Below are positions 8,564 to 17,692 of a stretch of 64,000 nucleotides of DNA, piece after piece (the stretch's first letter is position 1; each line of letters begins with the position of its first letter). The position numbers and the translations under genes are program-made. Below the pieces are notes generated by a model. It was given only the letters and a program-made list of their open reading frames with translations. It was not told the DNA's origin and did not search any database. The stretch comes from Candidatus Omnitrophica bacterium UBA6215 (lineage in GTDB: Bacteria > Omnitrophota > Gorgyraeia > Pluralincolimonadales > Pluralincolimonadaceae): assembly GCA_002421665.1 (NCBI GenBank), contig DISH01000006.1:16827-80826 (forward strand), in the 5' to 3' direction.

Positions 8564-9151
8564 TCAGCGTTTTCTCGTATAACAACCCTTGTATTTCTTC
8601 TGCATCTCGGAAAGAACTTTTTTAGCCGAATCCTTGCTTTCAAACGAACCGACGCATAATATAAAATAATTGCCTTTTTTGATGACCTCGGCGCTGTATC
8701 CGGCGGATTTTAACCTTGATAATTCCTTATCGGCCATATCCCGTACCTTATACGAGGCAACCTGTATGGTATAAGGCTTATCTGCCGCCGGTTTTGGCGG
8801 TTCTACAGTTACCGGCGCCGTCTGAACCGCCGGTTCGGGCGCTTCCGCTACCTGGACCGAAACGGGTTCTATCGCCGCAGGCACCGCAACCTCTTCAATA
8901 GCTATATCCTTGCCCGAAAGGTTCCTCCCTCTCTCTACGCCCAGGGAAAAGACCACGCTGACCGCGAGCACGGCTCCTATAAGCACTATTATAAGGACCT
9001 CATAGGAGACAGAGATATTAAGCCTGTGCTGAGGGAATAACGGCTTATTGAATTTGTTCAGTACGCCGAAAAATCTCCCTCTTGTCTTTTTGACCACAAC
9101 AAATTCGTCAAAAAGCTCCTGTTGCTGCTTCTGGGTATTAATAGGCGGCAT
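8564..9151 (-). CDS. SPOR-domain cell-division/septal peptidoglycan-binding protein
   Basis: 195 aa; N-terminal TM; Pro/Ala-rich linker; C-terminal SPOR domain (YTIQVASYKVRDMADKELSRLKSAGYSAEV...FILCVGSF). Confidence 0.7.
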   Translation of the reverse strand: MPPINTQKQQQELFDEFVVVKKTRGRFFGVLNKFNKPLFPQHRLNISVSYEVLIIVLIGAVLAVSVVFSLGVERGRNLSGKDIAIEEVAVPAAIEPVSVQVAEAPEPAVQTAPVTVEPPKPAADKPYTIQVASYKVRDMADKELSRLKSAGYSAEVIKKGNYFILCVGSFESKDSAKKVLSEMQKKYKGCYTRKR

Positions 9152-9223
9152 TATATGCTCCGAAGAATATAAATTTTATCATAAGAAAAGCTTCAATGCA
9201 ATCAATTTTTGGGCGCGGTATCA

Positions 9224-9913
9224 TTAAGGTTTTACTTCCAGTCTTATGCCGCCCGTCGAAAAATACACGCTGGAAGGATTATGGGGGTCCCCTTTCAGGG
9301 AAAGCCTGATATTATACCAGCCGTCGCCGTCCTCGTCCGTTACGAGAATCTTCTGCGCGGCATCACCGTCTCCAATAACCGTCTTATTGATATCGAACTC
9401 AAGGTTATAATCGACATCCCCCGCGTTCTCCATTGCAAAATCCCCCTTGAACCTGAAATCCCGTCCGATACCCTCAAGGCCCGATATACGCAGGCTTCCC
9501 CTTTGGACCGTGACGGTTCCGGTTATCCCGTCGAACTTATACGATGGCTGGGCCGGTATGCCAAACGGGCCCAGGAGTTTATCGATGGACCTTCCAAGCC
9601 CTGATTTGATGGCCACGTTCTGGAAATCGCAGTGGAGCGTCAGTTTCGCCTTCAACAGGGAAGCAAGATCGAACTGCAGGTAGGCCCTTTCCGAGCTTAG
9701 CGCAAGACCGGATTTATCCATAACCTTTATCTCGGAAACCCTTAATTGGGCAGGCGGTTTCATGCTGACTTTGCCGAAGACTATATCCATATCAAGGGTC
9801 TTCTCGAGCTTATAAGTTATGTAATCCTTCAAAAGGTATGAAGTAAGCGGCGAATAAACCACGACTACCAGCGCAGCCGCTATAAGCAGTATGTAAAATA
9901 CGCGGACTTTCAT
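9224..9913 (-). CDS. hypothetical membrane-anchored periplasmic protein
   Basis: 229 aa; N-terminal TM helix; no recognisable catalytic motif; its 5' end overlaps the dgt 3' end by 4 nt. Confidence 0.35.
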   Translation of the reverse strand: MKVRVFYILLIAAALVVVVYSPLTSYLLKDYITYKLEKTLDMDIVFGKVSMKPPAQLRVSEIKVMDKSGLALSSERAYLQFDLASLLKAKLTLHCDFQNVAIKSGLGRSIDKLLGPFGIPAQPSYKFDGITGTVTVQRGSLRISGLEGIGRDFRFKGDFAMENAGDVDYNLEFDINKTVIGDGDAAQKILVTDEDGDGWYNIRLSLKGDPHNPSSVYFSTGGIRLEVKP

Positions 9914-11067
9914 TGGGACCTCTCATAGGGATTGAAAAGTTTTATATATTCATCGAGGGCATACCTGTCTGTCATGCCCGCGACGTAATCGCATACCACC
10001 CTCTGCGGTTCATCGCATTCCAGGCGTTTCCTGCTCGTGGGAGGAAGTTGTTCCGTATTGGATATATACGCGTCAAACAGCTGCCTGAGGAAGCGGCGGG
10101 ACTTGTCAGCCATCTTTACCACCTTGTGGTTCATATAAAGGTTGTCGTAAAGGAACTTCTTAAGGGGTTTCCTCTCCTCCAATAACCTGCCGGAAAAAGT
10201 TATTGTCCTCTCCCCGGTCCCCCTGGCGTCTTCCGATGATCTCAATCCGAAATGCTTTATCCTCGCCTCTGACTCGGAGATGAGATCGGTGACCTCCGTA
10301 TTTATAAGAGAACGGATTATCTGGTACCGCCTTATCTGGTCCTTGGCTACCGGACTGGTCTTCTCCAGCGCCTCATGGGCTCTTCTCCATAAAGGCAGGG
10401 ACCGCAGGTCTTCCTCTTTTATCAGGCCTGAAGCCAACCCGTCATCGAGATCGTGGTTATCATAGGCTATTTCATCGGCGAGGTTGACTATCTGGGCCTC
10501 GAGCGTAGGCGATTTTCCCGGATCCAGCTCCACCAGACCTTTTGGATCATCATATGGGGTCGAATGCTTGTTTATGCCTTCCCTTACTTCCCAGCTCAGG
10601 TTGAGACCGGGAAAAGCCGGGTACCTCTCTTCCAGGACATCGACCACCCTAAGGCCCTGGATATTATGGTCGAAGCCCCCGTGGTCCTTCATCAGTTCAT
10701 GCAGTTCCTGCTCCCCTGAGTGCCCGAAAGGCGGATGGCCTATATCATGGGCAAGTGCTATAGCCTCGGTCAGGTCGGGATTGAGCCCGATGGCGCGGGC
10801 GATCGAGACCGCGATCTGCGCCACCTCAAGGGTATGGGTGAGCCTTGTGCGGTAATAATCCCCTTCGTGGTTTACAAAAACCTGGGTCTTATATTCAAGC
10901 CTTCTGAAAGCCGTCGAGTGTATTATCCTGTCCCTGTCCCTCTGGTAGCAGGTCCTGTAGGGATGCTCCGGCTCGTTATGGACCCTGCCCCTGGAATCGC
11001 GGGACTTCATCGCGTACGGCGCCAGCGTAGAGACTTCTATCTCTTCTATTTTTTCCCGCGTGAACAT
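9910..11067 (-). CDS. dgt: dGTP triphosphohydrolase-like HD-domain protein (Dgt family)
   Basis: HD motif (HDIGHPPFGH); N-terminus MFTREKIEEIEVSTLAPYAMKSRDSRG matches short Dgt-like enzymes. The ORF extends to 11157, but the start at 11067 is preferred because it reduces the overlap with the upstream HIT gene. Confidence 0.75.
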   Translation of the reverse strand: MFTREKIEEIEVSTLAPYAMKSRDSRGRVHNEPEHPYRTCYQRDRDRIIHSTAFRRLEYKTQVFVNHEGDYYRTRLTHTLEVAQIAVSIARAIGLNPDLTEAIALAHDIGHPPFGHSGEQELHELMKDHGGFDHNIQGLRVVDVLEERYPAFPGLNLSWEVREGINKHSTPYDDPKGLVELDPGKSPTLEAQIVNLADEIAYDNHDLDDGLASGLIKEEDLRSLPLWRRAHEALEKTSPVAKDQIRRYQIIRSLINTEVTDLISESEARIKHFGLRSSEDARGTGERTITFSGRLLEERKPLKKFLYDNLYMNHKVVKMADKSRRFLRQLFDAYISNTEQLPPTSRKRLECDEPQRVVCDYVAGMTDRYALDEYIKLFNPYERSQ

Positions 11068-11534
11068 TTCTTCATCAATCTGTAAAGGGAATCGAGCGAT
11101 TGGGATATCACTTTTGTCGAGGTGAACACGGGCATAAAGTTGACGTCCCCCACCCACCTGGGTACTACGTGGATATGGATATGCCCCTTGACGCCGGCGC
11201 CTGCAGCCCTTCCCATGTTAATACCGATATTGAACCCGTCAGGTTTCAAAACTTTTGCCAGCAGGTCCTGCGTCCTGTTGAGGAGGCCCATAAGGTCCGC
11301 CAGTTCCTCCCCCGAAAGTTTTGCGAGACTATCGACATGCCTGAATGGCACGACCATGATATGGCCGTTATTGTAAGGATATATGTTCAGTATTGAAAAC
11401 GAATGGCGGGTGCGCTCTATTACCCGGTTCTTCTTGTCATCCTTCTGTTTGGGTTTTGAGCAGAATATGCAGCCTTTTGTCGAATGGACCTTTGAAATGT
11501 ATTCTGTCCTCCAGGGAGCCCAAAGCCTGTCCAT
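11046..11534 (-). CDS. HIT-family (histidine triad) nucleotide hydrolase/transferase
   Basis: 162 aa; histidine triad GHIHIHVVPRW. Confidence 0.85.
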   Translation of the reverse strand: MDRLWAPWRTEYISKVHSTKGCIFCSKPKQKDDKKNRVIERTRHSFSILNIYPYNNGHIMVVPFRHVDSLAKLSGEELADLMGLLNRTQDLLAKVLKPDGFNIGINMGRAAGAGVKGHIHIHVVPRWVGDVNFMPVFTSTKVISQSLDSLYRLMKKCSRGKK

Positions 11535-11547
11535 GCATATCCTCCGT

Positions 11548-12033
11548 CTATATCCTGACGAGTTCGGTTTCCAGTTTCCCGGAGATGGTAATTATACCGT
11601 AAGAGTTGAACTTGGCAAAAATCTTATCCGTAGTGCTGCCCGGATTAAGGAAAGACACCTTCTTATAAACATCGTTAAAGGCATGGTGCGAATGGCCAAA
11701 AACGATGCAGTTTACTTTATCCTTGCTAAAATCCTCGTAGACCCTCTCGACCAACCCTTCGGGAGAGCCCCAACCATGGGTAAGCCCTATCCTGAAACCT
11801 TTTACCTCCACTATCTCCTTCGGCTTCAGCAGCATGGAAAGTTCCTTTGAATCCATATTGCCGCATACAGCCACTATCTTGTTAATTTTCTGCAGTTTTT
11901 TATAAAGCAGGACTTCCGTAAAATCCCCGGCATGCAATATGAGGTCGCACTTGCCGGCTTCTTCGTACACCTTCTTGGGGATATCCCTGGCCATCCTGGG
12001 AACATGCGTATCGGACAGGACCATTATCCTCAT
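11548..12033 (-). CDS. metallophosphoesterase (YfcE/MJ0936-like phosphodiesterase)
   Basis: 161 aa; MRIMVLSDTH...GD...GN...GHSH metal-binding motifs. Confidence 0.75.
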   Translation of the reverse strand: MRIMVLSDTHVPRMARDIPKKVYEEAGKCDLILHAGDFTEVLLYKKLQKINKIVAVCGNMDSKELSMLLKPKEIVEVKGFRIGLTHGWGSPEGLVERVYEDFSKDKVNCIVFGHSHHAFNDVYKKVSFLNPGSTTDKIFAKFNSYGIITISGKLETELVRI

Positions 12034-13670
12034 CAGGCAGTCTCCAGCCCCATTATATCGGGGAGGGAAACCCCGGCCTTTTCTTCGTCGGATACCGGCA
12101 ACAGTATCCTCTGTTTACCTGCTATGTCCGCCAGGGTATTGAACTCCTCGGAACCCCATATCAGGCACTTTGCATCTTTAGCTATAAGCCTGGCATTTAC
12201 GCCCACCCCGGAAGCCGTGAGTATTATCTTTCGTTTAAGGGTACTTTTGGCCTTCTTGCAATAACCAAGGTAATCTATAATGTCGGCATCTCCAAGGAAC
12301 GCGGAACCGAAAAGCACTATCCAATCCGACCTTCCGTCAGACAACGTTATATACCCCGCCTTATCCGTACCCGGGTCATTTATCCTGTATGATTTGAACG
12401 GCGGGATCCTCAGGGACTTGTCAGAAATCCCTATCAGGTCGCCCTTAAAAGACATGAATAATTCCGCGGCTACCTTTATTTTCGGGTTGCGGCATTCGCC
12501 CGCGAAAGAATCTATGGAACCCGAGACGGAATCCTTGAACCTGGATATCTTCGGCTCATATCCTGCATCGAAAAGATATTCCTTGCTCTGGTAAACGTTC
12601 TTCAGCCAGAACCCGAATACTTTATCCCTTATCAGGTAATAGGCGCCGTGCTTCGACACCCTTCCCAGGTCCATCAGGGTATCCAACAAAGCGGCCGCCT
12701 CTTTGCCGCTTATCCGCGACCCGGAAGATATGTCAACATGTTTCCTGGCGCCCGCCGACAAAGCCAATAGCACCGAGGTAAACCGTCTGTCCGCCTTTTC
12801 GAGCTCGGTTATAACCGAGCAAAAATGCTGGTTGAGTATGCCTTTTGAATCGAAAAGTATCTCGGTAAAGGTGTCCAGGAGCCTGTCCTTGAAGCAGGTA
12901 TCTGAAGGGTCTGAATTATGCTTCTCCAAATTAACCAATATGGAATCCATGTAAAACGGATGGCCGCCGGTAAAGACCGCTATGAACTCCCTTAACTCGG
13001 GCGGGAAGCTTCCGCGATCCAGCCTTGAATCTATGAAACCGCAGGCTTCCTTCTCGTCAAAGGTCCCGAGCTCGCAGATCTCGAAATTCCCGAAAAGCAG
13101 GGAGAGTTTCTGCGAAAGGATATCCCTTGCCTGTTTTATGCGCGAGGAGGTAACGATATACATTGTATCTTTCTGGACCATTATGAACTTCCCGAGTTCC
13201 GCAAAGATATCTTCGATGCCGAAGGTCCCGATCCGGTCGAACTCGTCAAGTATGACTATCGGTTTAAGGCCGGTCTCGGAGTAGGCGACGGCGGGTATCT
13301 CCAGTACCGCACGGAAGGCTTTACCGCCTTTTCCTGACTTCATGAACGATTCGGCGAGTTTGACGGCCTTCACGGTCCTGGGCATCTTATCGATGTGATC
13401 CTGGTACTTGAAGACCAGCGTGGACGTGAATTTTTCTATGAATTCGCCGAGGCCCTTATCCTTTGCCTCTACATAAACGGGCACAAGGCTTTTGTGATCC
13501 AGGGAAGTGATGAAACGATAGGCAAGCGAGGTCTTGCCGCAATGTGAAGGGCCTATTATGCACACGTTCTGCCGGTATCCGGAATGCAAGCCATCCGCCC
13601 TCTTCCTGAGAAGAGAGAGTATATCATGCCTCCCGAAGAAATTGTTCCCGGTAGCGGGGTCAAGCAGCAT
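12033..13670 (-). CDS. AAA-type ATPase of the Arch_ATPase family fused to a DUF234-like (putative PD-(D/E)xK) region and an additional C-terminal domain
   Basis: 545 aa; Walker A GPSHCGKTSL; Walker B IVILDEFD; DUF234-like signature AYYLIRDKVFGFWLKNVY, then about 170 extra residues; its start shares one nt with the stop of the downstream phosphoesterase; begins 3 nt after nlpD. Confidence 0.55.
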   Translation of the reverse strand: MLLDPATGNNFFGRHDILSLLRKRADGLHSGYRQNVCIIGPSHCGKTSLAYRFITSLDHKSLVPVYVEAKDKGLGEFIEKFTSTLVFKYQDHIDKMPRTVKAVKLAESFMKSGKGGKAFRAVLEIPAVAYSETGLKPIVILDEFDRIGTFGIEDIFAELGKFIMVQKDTMYIVTSSRIKQARDILSQKLSLLFGNFEICELGTFDEKEACGFIDSRLDRGSFPPELREFIAVFTGGHPFYMDSILVNLEKHNSDPSDTCFKDRLLDTFTEILFDSKGILNQHFCSVITELEKADRRFTSVLLALSAGARKHVDISSGSRISGKEAAALLDTLMDLGRVSKHGAYYLIRDKVFGFWLKNVYQSKEYLFDAGYEPKISRFKDSVSGSIDSFAGECRNPKIKVAAELFMSFKGDLIGISDKSLRIPPFKSYRINDPGTDKAGYITLSDGRSDWIVLFGSAFLGDADIIDYLGYCKKAKSTLKRKIILTASGVGVNARLIAKDAKCLIWGSEEFNTLADIAGKQRILLPVSDEEKAGVSLPDIMGLETA

Positions 13671-13673
13671 AGT

Positions 13674-14372
13674 CTATGAAGCCCTTAAATAGTGTATGGG
13701 ATTCTGCGGCGCATGCTTCCTGCGTATCTCAAAGTGCAGGTAAGCGGAATTTCCCCTCCCGCCGGAACCCACTTTAGCGACAGGCTCGGAACGTTTTACG
13801 TCCTGGCCTGTGCTGACAAGTATCTCCGAATTATGTGAATAGACCGTCTGGATGCCGTCTCCGTGGTCTATAATGACCGTCCTACCGAAACCCCTGACTT
13901 TATCCTCGCAAAAAATAACCCTGCCGCTCCTCGAGGCAACGACAACCGCACCTTCCCGGGCCCTGATATCGATACCCTTACTGGGGGTCCCGCCTTTCAT
14001 TTCTCCGTACGAAGTGATTATATCACCTTTTACCGGCCATACAAAATCTTCATGGGGGAAGACAGGAACGGGCGCGCTCTCGGCTGCGGGACGTTTCACG
14101 TTCTTCTTGGGTATAATTATGATCTGGCCCGCGTTGATCTCTTCGGCATCAGCCAGATTGTTCACCTTTACCAGGGTATCGAGGTCCACGCCGTAATTCT
14201 TGGATATACGCCAGAGGGTCTCGCCACTTTTTACCTGATGGCGTATTCCCTGCACTGCGACAGCCGGAGCGGGGGCCTCTCCTGTTTTAGTAGGCCTCGT
14301 CACGGGCGCACTCGCGCAACCAGAGACAATAAACGCAAGAAACGACACTAATATGGCTTTTTTGTAAGACAT
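13674..14372 (-). CDS. nlpD: LysM/M23-peptidase lipoprotein (NlpD-like)
   Basis: 232 aa; lipobox (VSGC); LysM (HQVKSGETLWRISKNYGVD); M23 motifs (GIDI...HFEI). Confidence 0.8.
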   Translation of the reverse strand: MSYKKAILVSFLAFIVSGCASAPVTRPTKTGEAPAPAVAVQGIRHQVKSGETLWRISKNYGVDLDTLVKVNNLADAEEINAGQIIIIPKKNVKRPAAESAPVPVFPHEDFVWPVKGDIITSYGEMKGGTPSKGIDIRAREGAVVVASRSGRVIFCEDKVRGFGRTVIIDHGDGIQTVYSHNSEILVSTGQDVKRSEPVAKVGSGGRGNSAYLHFEIRRKHAPQNPIHYLRAS

Positions 14373-14387
14373 CTTTTTTAAGTCAAA

Positions 14388-14463
14388 TGGAGCGGGTGAC
14401 GGGACTCGAACCCGCGATATTCAGCTTGGGAAGCTGACGTTCTACCAACTGAACTACACCCGC
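14388..14463 (-). tRNA. tRNA-Gly (anticodon CCC)
   Basis: Reverse complement GCGGGTGTAGTTCAGTTGGTAGAACG...TTCCCAA...GGTTCGAGTCCCGTCACCCGCTCCA folds as a 76-nt cloverleaf with anticodon loop TTCCCAA; CCA is encoded. Confidence 0.85.
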
Positions 14464-14477
14464 GATATCCCTGCCGC

Positions 14478-15383
14478 TCAATCGCAAATATGCATAAGTT
14501 TCTTGAACTTTGCGTATCTTTCCCTGATATCTTTGCTTGTCAGACGCAAAAGCCTGTTAACGCTGAAATCCTCTACCGCATATGAGGCAAGTATCGTGCC
14601 GAACGCGCAAGCCCTGCGCAATTCCTTCTCATTGACGCGCTTCGCCTTGCTTATGTAACCCATGAAACCTCCCGCGAAGGTATCGCCCGCTCCGGTCGGA
14701 TCGAACGGGTCTTCAAGGATATACGCGGGATACGAGAAGATAAAATCCTTTGAGACGCAAAGGACTCCGTGCTCACCTTTCTTTATTATAGCAATTTTCG
14801 GGCCGCAAGAAAATATATATCTTGCCGCCTTAAGCAGGTTATGCTCGCCGGAAAATTCCCTGCATTCCCTGTCATTGGAAAAGAAGACGTGCACATGCTT
14901 AAGGAGCTTCTTGAGTTCGCCGGCCTTGTTATCTATCCAATAATTCATGGTATCGCAGGCGATCATCCTCGGCTTCTCCACCTGTTTCAGGACGTCCAGC
15001 TGCAATGAAGGGTCTATATTGGCAAGGAAAACATTCTCGGAGCTGCGGTACTCGCAGGGTATCTCCGGCTTGAAATCCGCGAATACATTAAGATGGGTGT
15101 ATACCGTATGCGCGGTATTGAGGTCATTGCTGTACTCCCCTTTCCACCTGAAAGTCTTTCCTTCTCCGATCTTCAGGCCCTTGGTGTCCACTCCCCTTTT
15201 CTTGAGCAGGTCTATGTACCTCTTGGGAAAATCAGCTCCCACAACGCCGACAAGCCTTGCTTTGTTGAACATAGTAGCCGCGCACGAAAAATATACTGCG
15301 GAACCGCCAAGAGCCTCATCTACCTTTCCTGAAGGGGTCTTTACGGAATCGAGGGCTATCGAACCTACGACCAGGAGAGACAT
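14478..15383 (-). CDS. PfkB-family (ribokinase-like) sugar kinase
   Basis: DPTGAGDTFAGGF anion-hole motif. Start chosen at MSLLVVG because GAGGAA lies 11 nt upstream and it overlaps the thiC stop by 1 nt; the ORF extends to 15563. Confidence 0.65.
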   Translation of the reverse strand: MSLLVVGSIALDSVKTPSGKVDEALGGSAVYFSCAATMFNKARLVGVVGADFPKRYIDLLKKRGVDTKGLKIGEGKTFRWKGEYSNDLNTAHTVYTHLNVFADFKPEIPCEYRSSENVFLANIDPSLQLDVLKQVEKPRMIACDTMNYWIDNKAGELKKLLKHVHVFFSNDRECREFSGEHNLLKAARYIFSCGPKIAIIKKGEHGVLCVSKDFIFSYPAYILEDPFDPTGAGDTFAGGFMGYISKAKRVNEKELRRACAFGTILASYAVEDFSVNRLLRLTSKDIRERYAKFKKLMHICD

Positions 15384-16663
15384 TATTTTAAACATTCCTC
15401 CGATATTTTCATTGAGCAATACTTTCCGCACATCGTGCAAACATCTTTTGAGCCGGGTTTTGCGCGTCCTCTGTACCTCCTGGCAAGCTCCGGGTCTATC
15501 GCAAGCTCGAATTGTTTCTTCCAGTCCCTCTTCCTTCGTGCCCTGGACATCGCTATATCCCACTCCATTGCACCCTTAACACCCTTGGCGATATCCGCAG
15601 CATGGGCGGCGATCCTGGCGGCCATAACTCCGGTCCTGACATCCTCAACCGATGGGAGGCCGAGGTGTTCTGACGGGGTAACGTAACATATGAAATCGGC
15701 GCCGCTTGCCCCGGCTATCGCGCCTCCGATCGCTGAAGTTATGTGATCGTATCCGGGAGCCACATCCGTTACCAGCGGCCCCAGGACATAAAAAGGCGCG
15801 CCATGGCATATCTCTTTTTCAAGGAGTATATTTGACCTGATCTGGTTTATCGGTACATGGCCGGGGCCTTCTATCATAACCTGCACCCCCCGGTCAAAAG
15901 CCCGTTTTGCCAGTTCACCGAGTATTATAAGTTCCTGTACTTGAGCTCTATCGGTGGCATCTGCAAGGCAGCCCGGACGCATACCGTCGCCCAGGCTAAG
16001 CGTGACATCATATTTAAGCGCAATATCCAGGACCCTGTCAAAATCCTCATAGAATGGGTTTTCCCTGCCGTTGCGGACCATCCATTCCGTCATTATGGCA
16101 CCGCCCCTGCTGACAACGTCGGTCGTCCTGCCTTCCTTCTTCAGGCGGGACAAAGTCTCTAACGTGACCCCGCAATGTATGGTAAAGAAATCCACTCCCT
16201 GCCTGGCCTGCGCTTCCAGGACATCAAAGATATCATCCTTGGAGATCGAAGATATCCGTCCTCCCCTGCGGAAAGCGTTAACGACCATCTCATAAACAGG
16301 GACGGTCCCGACAGGTACAGAAGAGTTCCCCAGGATAGCCTTGCGGATCTTAGGAAGGTCTCCTCCAGTCGACAGGTCCATAACGGCATCGGCACCGCTC
16401 CCTACCGATACTTTAAGTTTCCTGATCTCAAGCGCAAGGTTAGATGAGTCTGCGGAGGTGCCTATATTGGCGTTTATCTTCGTCCTGAGACCCGAGCCGA
16501 TGCCGCATAACTTACGCTTCCTGCTCAAACGGTTGCACGGAATGGCTATCTGCCCGCGGGCAACGCCTTCCATCACGGCCCTTGGGTCTGCCTTTTCATC
16601 CCTTGCCACTATCTTCATCTCCGGCGTCAGTTTGCCGGACCTTGCGTATTCCAATTGGGTCAT
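15383..16663 (-). CDS. thiC: phosphomethylpyrimidine synthase
   Basis: 426 aa; characteristic ThiC N-terminus and C-terminal CxxCxxxxC cluster (CTMCGKYCS). Confidence 0.9.
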   Translation of the reverse strand: MTQLEYARSGKLTPEMKIVARDEKADPRAVMEGVARGQIAIPCNRLSRKRKLCGIGSGLRTKINANIGTSADSSNLALEIRKLKVSVGSGADAVMDLSTGGDLPKIRKAILGNSSVPVGTVPVYEMVVNAFRRGGRISSISKDDIFDVLEAQARQGVDFFTIHCGVTLETLSRLKKEGRTTDVVSRGGAIMTEWMVRNGRENPFYEDFDRVLDIALKYDVTLSLGDGMRPGCLADATDRAQVQELIILGELAKRAFDRGVQVMIEGPGHVPINQIRSNILLEKEICHGAPFYVLGPLVTDVAPGYDHITSAIGGAIAGASGADFICYVTPSEHLGLPSVEDVRTGVMAARIAAHAADIAKGVKGAMEWDIAMSRARRKRDWKKQFELAIDPELARRYRGRAKPGSKDVCTMCGKYCSMKISEECLK

Positions 16664-17316
16664 TTATTCATCAAACTTTCTTTTAGTGTTCTTGCCGCCG
16701 TCCGCACATCATCGGCGCCGCATACCGCTCGAACAACGGCTACCCTGCCGGCGCCTGCGGCAATGACCTGCGATATATTATTGCAGTCTATACCGCCGAT
16801 AGCAACAAAAGGGAGTTTTACGGTATCTTTTACGGACCTTATCAGTTCCAACCCTACGCTTTTGTACCCGGGCTTTGTAGGCGTCGGGAAAATAGGGCCT
16901 ACACCTATGTAATCGGCCCCTCTCCGCTCTGCTGCCCTGGCCTGTTCCAGGCAATGGGTTGAAACACCTATTATCTTTTCCTTCCCCATGATCGCCCGGG
17001 CCGCTTCCGGGGGCAAGTCGTCCTGCCCAAGATGGACGCCATCAGCGTCCGCGGCAACGGCTATATCAGGCCTGTCGTTTACTATGAACACGGCTTCTTC
17101 CGGGCGGATGGCCTTGCGTATTGCCCTTGCCAGTTCAACTATCCTGCCCGCGGGAAGTTCCTTTTCCCTCAGTTGGATAACATCCGCTCCTCCGGCCGCC
17201 GCCTCCCGGGCTACCATAACAAGGTCACGGCCCTTTGCCGTCTTCGTATCTATTATCACGTACAACTTGAAATCCCGCACCTTAAAACCTCGAGACCAGT
17301 CTCTTTTCGGCTCCAT
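16660..17316 (-). CDS. thiE: thiamine-phosphate synthase
   Basis: TMP-synthase fold motifs (LYVIIDT..., VIQLREKE, GADYIGVGPIFPT). The start is uncertain (ATG at 17316 or GTG at 17290); the ORF runs to 17364 and overlaps the upstream gene. Confidence 0.75.
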   Translation of the reverse strand: MEPKRDWSRGFKVRDFKLYVIIDTKTAKGRDLVMVAREAAAGGADVIQLREKELPAGRIVELARAIRKAIRPEEAVFIVNDRPDIAVAADADGVHLGQDDLPPEAARAIMGKEKIIGVSTHCLEQARAAERRGADYIGVGPIFPTPTKPGYKSVGLELIRSVKDTVKLPFVAIGGIDCNNISQVIAAGAGRVAVVRAVCGADDVRTAARTLKESLMNK

Positions 17317-17692
17317 AGGCCCTGAACCTGAGCCTCTTGAACCTGTCGGATATACCGCCGTCAATGAGCTTTGAAAATTCTTCCAGGACGCGAAGGGACT
17401 CTTTGACCCTTTCCATATTAGCGGCTGAAACGTCCTTCCATCCTCTACGGGACTTCTCTATAGACTGTTTGCCTCTTCCGACATCGGACCCGGAATCCCG
17501 CGCCAGGACTATCCCGCGTAACCGCGCCGGATAAAGCCTGATACAACCGGATATTCCGTGCCTTATGGCCTTGAACTCGCGGGTAAGACGGCTGTCATCC
17601 AGGACGAACCTGGCGATCTCCTCGCAAACCCTGAGGCCTTCCCTTGACCTGTTAAGGTTCGCGTCGATGATCCTGTATAGCCTGTCTTTCAT
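17282..17692 (-). CDS. hypothetical protein embedded in the thiamine operon (possible ThiE-associated accessory domain)
   Basis: 136 aa; Arg-rich; no motif I can assign; sits between the heptose adenylyltransferase and thiE with overlaps at both ends. Confidence 0.35.
   Translation of the reverse strand: MKDRLYRIIDANLNRSREGLRVCEEIARFVLDDSRLTREFKAIRHGISGCIRLYPARLRGIVLARDSGSDVGRGKQSIEKSRRGWKDVSAANMERVKESLRVLEEFSKLIDGGISDRFKRLRFRAYGAEKRLVSRF

Noticed and set aside
9910-11157. Using the first ATG (11157) as the dgt start
   Set aside because: It would overlap the HIT gene by 112 nt. An internal ATG (11067) gives an N-terminus that matches short Dgt-like enzymes, so the shorter form is preferred.
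14388-14463. tRNA-Gly as the attachment site of an integrated genomic island or prophage
   Set aside because: No integrase, excisionase, transposase or phage structural gene within 15 kb on either side. I could not find a repeat of the tRNA 3' half by eye. The neighbours are housekeeping. I keep it only as a low-probability check under the DUF234-operon finding.
14478-15383. PfkB kinase as ThiD (HMP-P kinase) because it directly follows thiC
   Set aside because: It lacks ThiD/PdxK hallmark motifs and has the ribokinase-type GAGD anion hole. It is assigned only to the PfkB family, with a possible HldA role noted.
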